A stretch of 44,456 bases of DNA from contig JWZX01002158.1 of the NCBI GenBank assembly GCA_001275005.1, positions 1 through 44,456 of the forward strand, written 5' to 3'. Numbering within the stretch: position 1 is the stretch's first letter; the number at the start of each line of letters is the position of its first letter. The DNA comes from Chrysochromulina tobinii (Eukaryota). A model generated the notes under the pieces. It was not told the origin of the DNA. It worked only from the letters and a program-made list of their open reading frames with translations, and made no database searches. Below are positions 29,737 through 39,214 of the stretch, piece after piece. The position numbers were made by a program, and so were the translations under genes.

Positions 29737-31076
29737 TCACGACTGCCACCGCGCAGCGGCGGCGGCCATGGCCGCCTCCGCGGCCGCCGCTGCAACCTCC
29801 TCCTCCCGGAGTGCGCGCTCAACGAAGTCGAAGTCGGCGCCCGCCTCGAGCGCCGCCAGCCCAGCGGAGAGCGCATCTGCCAGAGACTTTGGCTCCGCAT
29901 CCGCTCCCACGGCCTTGCCGGCGCGATCGTCGCTGTCGTCTGCGCCGAGGGTATGTGCGCCGAGGGGGCTGCGGGCAGAGAGGGTGCCTTCGCGCGTCCG
30001 CAGCCCGAATGGATGCTCATGCGTCGGCGCGGGTGGCGGCAGCGCTGGCGACTGGGCGGGTGGCGGCGGCGCTGGCGCGTTCAAGTTTGCGTTCGCATTG
30101 GAAGGCGAGAGCGGCGTCGTGCGGGAAGGCGAGCGAGAGGGTTCGGCCTTGTACGGGTTGGCGAGTCGGGATGGGGAGGTCCAGCCGACCGGAGCGGGGC
30201 AGAAAGCCTGGCTTGAGGCAGGCATGAACCGAGGATTTCTGAGCACCCCATCGGCCACAGCCGCCGCGCACGCTTCGTCTGCCGCGAAAGAAACGGCCGC
30301 GCCGTGATGGGCGGCCGCGGCGCGTGCGGAGACGACGCGGCGCGAGGGTGATTGGAGGCGGCGGACGGAGGCAGAGAGGGCTGCACAGTGCTGCGCGGCG
30401 CGAAGCTCATCCTCAGCTGCCGCGGCGGCCGACGCAGACCGGCTAGGTGTGGCGGGAGCCCCGACAGGGGTGAAGGTGACACGCCGGCAGGGTGAGGCTC
30501 CCGAGGGCGGCGGGGGTACGCGTGGCGAGGCTTGGGGCTGTGCGGTGACGCGGGGGGAGGGGATGGCGGATGTGAGGCTGGATCGACCGGAGGTGGCAAG
30601 CCGCGGCGAGGCGAGCCGAGCGAACGACTCATCGCGGCGTCGCTCGCGCACCAATGCCTCCTCGGCCTGCAGCTTTGCGCATGAGGGAGGGGGAGGCTCC
30701 GCCTGCGCCGCCCACGCCCGCTCAACCTCGGCCATAGCCGCAGCGAGGGCGTCGGCCGTGGCGTCGCCCTCGGCCGCCTCGCGCACCTCCGCCTCCGCCG
30801 CCGACCCCTTCGCCGCCGCCTCTCTCGCCATCTCGACTGCCGCCTCGCCCGAAGCCCACGCAATGTTTGAAGGGGCGGGGCCAGTGTAGCGACCGGGGAC
30901 AACGGGTTCGCCGGCGGCCGGCGTGCGAGGACGCACAGCGTGCCGAGCGGCGCCACCCGGCGTTTCTCGACGTATCGTAGGCGGAAGCGCGCCACCGTGG
31001 ATGTGCAGCACGCTACCCGGCTCACCGCGCCGCTTGGCGTGGATGTACGCGGGGTGCACGCACGATGGAACTGGAG

Positions 31077-31114
<38 letters not shown>

Positions 31115-33636
31115 GACGGCGGCTCGGACGCTGCTGGTGGCGGTGGCGGTGCCGACGCTGCCACCATCTGTAGCGTGGGCTGGCGGAGGAGTTGGTCGCG
31201 CTGCGAGGAAGTGAGGTGCTGTTGGCGCGCCTTGGCAGCGGCGGCCCCTCCACGTGGGGTGGCTGGTGCAGGCGCGGGTCGGCGGCGGCGCGGCGGCCCT
31301 TCGTAAGTAGGAGTGGGGGCGGGGACGGCGCCCCAGCGCGCGAGGGCGGTCGCCTTGGCCGCGACGGCCCACTTGAGCGCCGCTTGGCAGAGGGCGGCGC
31401 TCAGGGAGCGGTGGAGGAGGAGGACGCGCGTGTGACGAAGCTGACCGAGGACAACTGCATGCGCCTTGGCTTGCTGCTCGAGCTGCTTCTCATGCGCTCG
31501 CGACTGCAGATCCCTCGCCCGCTCGGCCGCGCGCACCGCCTCCTCTGCCTGTGCCTTGGCGAGACGCATCTGCGCCTCTTTGGCGCCCGCACCCACGAGG
31601 GCACCCACGTGAGAGGCCGAGGGTGGGGCGGCCGGGCTCTCGGCGCGTGTCCGCGGCGTCATCATCACGCCAGAGAGGGACGCCGTAGGCGGGCGCAGAC
31701 CACGCGGCGCGGTGGGCGGTGGCGGCCGTTCGCCCGCCGCGCTTGCGAGCGCGCGGCTGGCGCGCACGTTCATGACGGCGGCCGCACGGCGCCAGGCCTC
31801 AAACGCACGCCAGCGCGGCATCCGCAGCAATGGCAAGACAAGGCAATGGCGCATAGCGACGATGCGAAGGGTGGCGAGACGGCGGGCGGCGAGGGCTCCG
31901 GCCTGGGCGGCCGCGGCGCCCGCCTTCTCAATCTCAGACTGAATGGACGCCTGCTTTGCGGCCGCGCGGGCCGCCACACGCGCCGGATTGCCTTCGGTCG
32001 CTTTGCGCTCGCTCGCAGCGCGTTGTCGTTCCTCGAGCCGAGCCTGCTGAGCTGCCCGTTCGGCGGCCGCTTCTGTCATCCTTAGCTTCTGACGCATCGC
32101 TGCCGCCTCAGCGCGTGCGCCGTGCAGCTCACGTTGCAGCTTGCTCAGCAGCAGCTGCTGCTCGCCACTCAGCGCCGGCGCCGGCTCAGGCGCTGCCGCG
32201 GACGGGGCGGAGGACGGCTCGGGCGGGCGGGGCGGACGGAGCGGCGGCGGCGGAGTCGACCGATATCGTCGACGGCGGCGACGTCGTCTTTGTCGGCGGT
32301 GCGGGAGCACCCTCCATCGCCCCGTCCTCCCCGGCATCGACACCCCAGGCACCGGCCCTCTCAACCTCAGCCCCCCTATCCGCAGCGCCCGCCGCAACGT
32401 GCGCCTCGGGCTCGCCCCCGGTGCCCTGAGCACCGTTGACGAGCGCCCGCCGTCTCGCTTGCTTCACATCCTCATCGTGTGAATGCCACGAGCGTAGCCC
32501 ACTCGCTGCCTCGCCGCATGCTGCGTATACGCGAGGGAAGGCCGCCGATGCCAGCGCGCCCTCGGCCGATGATGCCGATCGGGGCGTTGGCGGCGCCGCT
32601 CGCGCTTGCCTCGGGGGTGAAGAGGCCGCGCTGGGATTCCAGCCCATCACGCAGTCCCCGAGCAATTGAGACGCAGACACCACGTCCAAGGCGGCCACAA
32701 TGCCGTCGCCCTTGGCGGCGTCGGCTGAGTGATGCCTCGTTGGCGACGGCGGCGGAGAGCGAGAGAGTGCAGCGGCAGCAGCGGTGATGGCGGCAGCGGC
32801 ACGCGCCTTCGTGGCAGGCGACGATGGCCGTGGGATGTCGATGGCCGTGATGGCGACGGCCGCAGAGGCCGCAGCGGCGGTGGCGTGGATGGGGTGGGTG
32901 GTGGGCTTGGCAAGTGCGCATGATGCGAGGGACTTGCGCCGCTCCTCCTCCCATCGCCTCTGCGCACGCATGTTCACCTCGAGAGCCTCGGCCTTTGCTG
33001 CCTCAGCCTTGGTCGCTTCCGCTTCCGCCCTCGCCCTCGCCTCCTCCTCCACCTCTCGGCGCGCATTCGCCTTAGCTTGCTCCACTGCAAGCGCCTGCTG
33101 GGCGCGCCGTCGCGAGGCCGCCTCCGCCTGCAATCGATCCTCGAGAGCTCTCTCGAGCAACTCGCTCTCCCGGCGCCGCGTCGCCTCGGCCGCTGCCTCA
33201 ATCTCCCTCGCCCGCGGCGCCGCCACCCACGTTCCCGCTGCCTGCGCCCCGCTTCCCGCTGCCTGCGCCCAGGCCGCCACTGGCGGCGGCGCGGCCGACG
33301 GTGGCGGCGGCGGCGGCACGGCCGGTGGCGACGGGGCGGTCGGTGGCGGCGGGGCGGTCGGTGGCGGCGGGGCGGTCGGTGGGCGCCCCTGCTGCGGGTA
33401 GGAAGGCAGCGTATCTGGCGGCGTTGGCGGCAGCGGCATGGGCATCTGCGTGCTCACACCAACGGACTGAAGTGCGACGGCCAAAGCCGCGGTCGAGAAG
33501 CCACCACACGCGACGCTAGTAAAGGCCATGCCGCGCGGCGGCGCGAGGCTCGTGATCGATGGGAGTGAAGCGCCGTCGGGGTCGCCGGCGGTTCCGAGGC
33601 GCGGCGTAGTCAGGCCGGCGGCAGCCGCGGCGTTCG

Positions 33637-33668
<32 letters not shown>

Positions 33669-34667
33669 GTGGCTGATGCGGCCCACGTGAGAACCCTCCC
33701 ATCCGCCGTCAGGCAGGCAACGTGATGGAAGCCGCATGCAATGGTTCGTAGCTCGAGGGCGCTGCCCATCGACAGGGGCAGGTGTAGAGCGCGCGGCCAT
33801 GCGTGCACTGCCTCGCCGCCGCCGCCCGAACCACTCCCACCGTAGTGGCTGCGACCCCACACACATGCCACGAGCCCGCTGGCGCCGAGAGGCTCAGCAA
33901 GCAGTGCCAGCGCAGCCGAGTGCGCCTCACCGCCGCCCGCGGCACTCACCATGCGGAGCGCCACCACGTGTGCCGGCGCCAGGCGATCGGCTCGATCACC
34001 AAATCCGAGTTGGCCGTGCCGCCCACAGCCCCACGCAAATAGACGGCCGTCGGCGAGGGTGGCGAGAGCATGCTTGCCACCAACGGCGATCGCACGTGTG
34101 GCGCCACTTGGCAGCCCCACTCGATGGACTCCTGTGCGAGACGTCTCCCCGCCGCCGCTGCTGCCGCCGCTGTCGGAGAGGTTACCCCAAGCGTACACGT
34201 CGCCGTCGCGGCCGAGGGCGCATGTGGCGTGATGGCCGCACGCTACGCGCGAGGCCGGCTGCTGCGCGAGCGCTCTCACGCGCACGGGCGTCGCGCTCGC
34301 CTCGCCGTGCCCTAGCTGCCCGTCGCGACCCCAGCCCCATGTCCACACAGAGCCGTCTGCGGGTCACGCACGCCGTGTGGTAGAATCCGCATGAGAGGTC
34401 GAGGACGCGATGACCCTGCAGGGCCGCAAGCAGCCGTGGCCGCGGCGCCTCTTCGACGGCGTCGCCCAGGCCGAGCTCGCCGAATGCGCCGCCGCCCCAC
34501 ATGTAGACCTCGCCCGTGGAGGTCACGGCGCCGCCGTGGCAGTTGCCCAGCGCCACGAGCTCGAGCGGTATGCCTGCAAGCGCCTCCACTGCACGTGGCT
34601 CCGAGTGGTCGGCACTACCGTCGGCGTGGCCCAGGCGACCGTCCTTCCCGCGACCCCAGGAGTACAT
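29737..34667 (-). CDS. RCC1-repeat (beta-propeller) protein with long Pro/Ala-rich and coiled-coil C-terminus; two +1 frame breaks (about 34362 and about 32226)
   Basis: RCC1 repeats MYSWGRGKDGRLGH, GEVYMWGGGAFGELG, SCGFYHTACVT/ADGSVWTWGWGRDGQLGHG, GRLFAWGCGRHGQLG and IACGFHHVACLTADGRVLTW. ORFs 34182..34772, 32186..34348 and 29737..32433 join by removing one base at each junction. The second join is less certain. Confidence 0.75.
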
Positions 34668-35184
34668 ACGCGCCCAGTCCGCCTTGCGGCACCACCGGCA
34701 CCCGCGAATAACCGGTGCGAATTCGACGTGTTCACACCACCGGGTCGAACTTGACCCATTGGCTGTGAACATGCGATTTCACGACGTGCGGCGCCTGATG
34801 TCAGTAATCAGATGTGTGGGCGGCTGGGCCCGCTGCCTCGTGCCTGTGGCCCTTCCTGGCGCCTCGCTGGGGGCTGGGGCCGCGGGCGGGCGACTCCGAC
34901 TGCGGGGTGCGGGCGCGCGGAGCCGCGCGAGCGCGCGGCGGCACGCGGCGCCGGCGGCAGGCTGAAACCGCGGTTTTTGAACACTGTGACACGCCCGAGT
35001 CCTTTTTGTACACCATTTGTCCCCGACTTCGAACCCGACTTTCATCACAGCCGCTGCCACATCCGAGAGTACCGTATGACCCGTATCGCGTATGGCGTGA
35101 CATCCGGCGCGGGCAGGGCCGGCAGACACAAGGAGGACCATCCCCCCGCGAGTTTCCATTTTCCGTTAAGCACGTCTGGACTCC

Positions 35185-37836
35185 TCAGCCGCCCATCGTC
35201 TGGTTGACGGCGTCGATCTCCTCGATCGACTTCTCAATCTGCGCGAGCTCCAATAGGAGCTCTGCTGCTGCCACCACCTCCGCCGCCTCCGCCTCCGCCG
35301 CCAAGTCGGCTTTGATGGCGGCCGCCTCCGCCTTGTCGTTCGCTCTCTCGAAGGGCGAGCGAAGCAGGGCCAATAATGGATTGGCGGCCTCGTCGTCGCC
35401 AAAAGTGTCGCGAAGGCGGGTCGAGTACATCGACCTGCGCGCCTCGTCGATGAGTAAGACCACCTCCTCCTGCGGCACGCCCATCGAGGTAAGGATCGCG
35501 CCACCGAGGAGCAGCGCCGACTCTTGCGGGCCGGTCTCGAGTGCGGTCGCGCCCACGGCCATGAGCTTGCGACGATGCTGGGTGCCGTACGCACGTACAA
35601 AAATGGGCATCTCGTCGGGGTTTGGGTACAAGCGGCGAAGGGCGCGCACCGTTTTGGTGCAGTCGCGTTCCGTGTCGAGTGTCACCACGACCGACGAGAT
35701 GTTGGCCTCCGATTCCTTCATAAGGATTTGGAGCACCTCGGGGCGTGTGGCGTCCCCGAAGAAGACGGGCAACCCGAGCTTGCGCGCCTCGGCCACCTTG
35801 TACGGGTCCATGTCAAACGCCTTGTAGCGCACGAGCTTGGCGGTGAGCATCTCGGCCACGGCCTGGCCCACGCGCCCGAAGCCGGCGATGAGCACGTAGT
35901 TGGACTTCTCGGCGGCCTCGTCGGGCGAGGGGAGTATCAGCTTGCCTGAGGAGCGCTCGAGGGCAGCCGACGCCTTGAGGCCCAGCTCGTTGAGGAAGGG
36001 CGTGAGGAACATGGTGAGCACCACTGTCGTGAGCAGCAGCTTCACCTGAGTCGGCAGCAGCAGCCCGTGCTGCTGCGCGAGGGCGAAGATTACAAAGGAG
36101 AACTCGCCGCCTTGCGAGAGCAGGAGGCCCGAGCGCAGCGCGGCCGTGAGCTTGAGCCCGCCGACGGCACACACGAGCGTGGTGATGGCCGTCTTGAGAG
36201 CGAGAAGGGTGAGGGTTCCGCCGAGGATGAGCGGCCACGAAGCGATCGCGACCTTGAGGTCGATGGCAAAGCCCGTCGTGATGAAGAAGAGGCCGAGGAG
36301 CAGCCCTCGGAACGGGGCAATGTCCGCCTCGATCTGGTACCGGTACTTGGTCTCCGCGAGCAGCACGCCGGCGAGGAAGGCTCCGAGTGTGTCGGAGAGG
36401 CCGAGGGCCGCTGTGAAGCCCGCCATCGAGAGGACGGTGACGAGGGTGATCGCGAGGAATGACGTCTGGTCGCGTGCGGAGGCCACGAGCCGGTACACGT
36501 ACTGCAGCATGTACCGGCCGAAGACGAAGATGAAGGAGAGGGCGGAGACGGACTTGATGACGGCCAGCCGAAGCGCCGCGCCGAGCTGGGCGCCCGTGCC
36601 GCCGAGGAGCGGGGTGACCACGAGCAGCGGCACGACGGCTAGATCCTGGAGGAGCAGGATGCCAAACGAGGCGCGCCCGAAGCGCGACGCGAGCTCGCCC
36701 TTCTCGTTGAGCAGCTGGATCACGAAGGCCGACGAGGAGAGCGCGAGCCCGCCGCCGAGCACGAGCGCGACCGCGCCGGTCGCGCCCGCTTTGAGCGCCA
36801 AGGAGCCGATGAGGAAGGTGGTGAGCAGAAACTGGGCCGTGCCAAGCGTGAACGCGTCTCGGCCGACCGACTTGAGGCGCTCAAGCTCGAGCTCGAGACC
36901 CATCTCGAAGAGAAAGAAGACGACGCCCAGCTCGGCGAGCTTGGTGGTCGTCTCCACGTCCGAGACCCACTGCAAGCCCGCTGGCCCAAGCAGCATGCCC
37001 GCAAAGAGGAAGCCGAGCACTGGGCTCAGCCCGAACAGATTCATCACCGGATGGACGAGCGCAGTCGCAAGCAGCAGCACGATCGTGTCGCGCTCGCCCC
37101 CGTGTATTTGGTGCGCCATCTCGCCCATGCTGCGCAGTGCCTTTGGTCCACCGGAGGCGAGCTTCTCCGCAAAGTTGTGTACGTTGGCCGCGAGTGAGGG
37201 GACGGACATCGCGGACTTCGCGAAGCTGTGCTCAAGGTTCGCGGAGTCCAAGCTCGGCGAAGCGACACTGCCCGATTGCTTTGTCGGCGTTTGGCCGATG
37301 GTGGCCAAGGGCACCCTCCGGGAAGGCGGCCGTGCGAATTCACGGTCCTGCTGCTGCCGCTGATCGTCTCCAAAGATCAAGCTGCTGTCGCTGCCCCGCC
37401 CTTCCGCAACGTGGCGACCGTCGTGACGGCTATGGTGATGAGCACCAGTCGGATCGCGAATGTGCTGCTTCTGCTGCTGCAGCGACAGCTGGCGCTCCAC
37501 ACCTGTCGGAGAGCCTGCCTCGGGCGACGGATAGCCAGCAGCGGAGGCCACAGCAGGACTCACGAGACGGACGATGAGCATCGCACAGAACATCAGTTGA
37601 CACATGCGGCGCCTCAATGCGCTCCAAAAGCCTACTCGCCGTCGCTCACGCATCTGGACGGTGCCCAATCGTGGCTGAGCAGCTAGGGCGTGACAGCTCG
37701 GCAGCGGTCGGCCGGGCTCGGTGCGCCTTAGCGGCTGCATTGCGGCCGCTAAAAGTGGGCCATGCGGCCGCACTACGACGGCCGGCGAGAAGCCCAACAC
37801 GCTCGCGGCGAGCGCGGCGAGCGCAACTGGCCGCAT
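35185..37836 (-). CDS. Plastid K+/H+ efflux antiporter (CPA2, KefC/KEA family) with C-terminal KTN/RCK domain
   Basis: SPVLGFLFAGMLLGP, LAELGVVFFLFEMGLEL, LSSSAFVIQLL, ILLLQDLAVVP, LGAFLAGVLLAET, LSQGGEFSFV; KTN motif IAGFGRVGQ..FFGDATRPEVL. Signal peptide MRPVALAALAASVLG-F matches ASAFAP-like bipartite plastid targeting. Confidence 0.95.
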   Translation of the reverse strand: MRPVALAALAASVLGFSPAVVVRPHGPLLAAAMQPLRRTEPGRPLPSCHALAAQPRLGTVQMRERRRVGFWSALRRRMCQLMFCAMLIVRLVSPAVASAAGYPSPEAGSPTGVERQLSLQQQKQHIRDPTGAHHHSRHDGRHVAEGRGSDSSLIFGDDQRQQQDREFARPPSRRVPLATIGQTPTKQSGSVASPSLDSANLEHSFAKSAMSVPSLAANVHNFAEKLASGGPKALRSMGEMAHQIHGGERDTIVLLLATALVHPVMNLFGLSPVLGFLFAGMLLGPAGLQWVSDVETTTKLAELGVVFFLFEMGLELELERLKSVGRDAFTLGTAQFLLTTFLIGSLALKAGATGAVALVLGGGLALSSSAFVIQLLNEKGELASRFGRASFGILLLQDLAVVPLLVVTPLLGGTGAQLGAALRLAVIKSVSALSFIFVFGRYMLQYVYRLVASARDQTSFLAITLVTVLSMAGFTAALGLSDTLGAFLAGVLLAETKYRYQIEADIAPFRGLLLGLFFITTGFAIDLKVAIASWPLILGGTLTLLALKTAITTLVCAVGGLKLTAALRSGLLLSQGGEFSFVIFALAQQHGLLLPTQVKLLLTTVVLTMFLTPFLNELGLKASAALERSSGKLILPSPDEAAEKSNYVLIAGFGRVGQAVAEMLTAKLVRYKAFDMDPYKVAEARKLGLPVFFGDATRPEVLQILMKESEANISSVVVTLDTERDCTKTVRALRRLYPNPDEMPIFVRAYGTQHRRKLMAVGATALETGPQESALLLGGAILTSMGVPQEEVVLLIDEARRSMYSTRLRDTFGDDEAANPLLALLRSPFERANDKAEAAAIKADLAAEAEAAEVVAAAELLLELAQIEKSIEEIDAVNQTMGG

Positions 37837-38185
37837 GAAGCTCTCGTGGGCGGACTCGTCGATGCTGGATCTCGCTGATCACGACACCACGAGATTCTAT
37901 CAGAGGACGGTCATCTGAACCCTGCGACCTTATCCAGGACGGACTGGTTGCAACGAAGTTTTTGAATGCTCTAGTTGGGTTGCGGACTCACCCTGTGTGT
38001 GCGGAGGCACCTTCACGCATGTTGAAAGGTCCGCGCGGCAAAAAGCTTCGTGCGACACGTCACCGATCGACGCGGGGACACAAGAGTGGCGGAGCTTCAC
38101 TTGCTGAACGTGATGATGATGCGTCCAGGTGTGCGCTGTAAGATTGCCACTTAGGAGCGATAGGTGGCAAATGCGCCACAAGCAC

Positions 38186-38267
38186 GCCCGATGATGACAC
38201 TCACACACATATACTTAGACATGCAGCTGAAGCCGAGCGCATGAGGATGTGAACGTATCTGAGGATG
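38186..38267 (+). ncRNA. Box C/D snoRNA guiding 2'-O-methylation near the 5' end of 18S rRNA
   Basis: C box ATGATGA 38191-38197; guide TATACTTAGACATGCA 38210-38225, the exact complement of conserved 18S TGCATGTCTAAGTATA. D' box CTGA 38227-38230, C' box ATGAGGA 38241-38247, D box CTGA 38259-38262. Length is about 80 nt. Confidence 0.85.
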
Positions 38268-39214
38268 GTGAACTCGGCCAGCCCTTGAGCTGCAAAAGAG
38301 CATACCAGCTAACGGTGGCGGTGCGTCCCCTCTTGCACGTCACTCATTCGCAGTCCTGTGGGCGCGCAATCTCGCCGTTCATCCTTTGCTTTGCCCTCTT
38401 TTGTGACGAGAAACTCAGAGCCGATGCACAGAGCATCAGCAACTAACACGGGCGCTGCTCGAGGCGGAGGCGGATAAGTTGAGCGTGCTGGTGGCTGGTG
38501 GCTGCGTCTCGCGGCAGCGCTGATGGCGGCGCTTTCATCGAGACAGAAAGAGACGTCCCGGCGTACCATTTCAGGATTCAATCACATTCGCCAGTTTGCT
38601 TTTCAGCTTTTGCTCCTTCGGAACGCTCGCCGGAAGCCCGGTCGGTAATCCGGTCGGCAGAGGCCTGGGCTTCATGGGAGGGACTAAGACCCCACTAAAT
38701 CGCCACAATTGCGGCTCAAGCCACCTAACACCTGAGTTGACGGGGCTTGCTGGCACGCTGCAGGGATATGGGGATATGACACGGTTTCAATGGCAAAGAA
38801 TGCCGAGGGCCTTTGTAACTAGGATTTTTCAGATTAGAGCCGGGCATAGTCCATAGAGAAAAGAGACGACGAAAATGATGGCTAATCCGCGACACGTTTC
38901 CCGCGCGCTGGCCTTCGGTTCCGCTTCGGCCTTCGGGGTTCGGCCCGCTTAGGTCTCGCCAACAGCCATGCCAACAGCGCACCGTCCATGCCCGACACTC
39001 GCGCGCGGACTCGCTCTGTCTGTCTCCTCTCCACCGCCGCCGTCTCGTCTCCTCACACTGGAGTCCCCAGTGGGCGCGTCGTTTGGCCTCACACACGACC
39101 GGGTGGCGTCACCGTACGGTGGCTATTATCGAGACGCCGCGCCGCTCCGCCGCCGCGAACACGCGCGACGAACGGTGCGTGCCGCGGACTTCCATACGGT
39201 ACAGCCAAAACGAG

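Noticed and set aside
34345..34375. Tiny intron as the explanation for the RCC1 frame break
   Set aside because: No GT/GC-AG pair of the right phase; deleting one base restores a perfect RCC1 repeat.
38210..38225. ATACTTA resembling the U1 snRNA 5' end, or an rRNA gene fragment
   Set aside because: It continues GACATG rather than CCTG and lacks U1 stems and an Sm site. The 18S match is only 16 nt and sits between C and D' boxes, as expected for a snoRNA guide.
38345..38354. U14 snoRNA call from the domain-A match CATTCGCAGT
   Set aside because: No nearby C box and no domain B (TTCCTTGGATGT-CTGA); a 10-nt match alone is insufficient.
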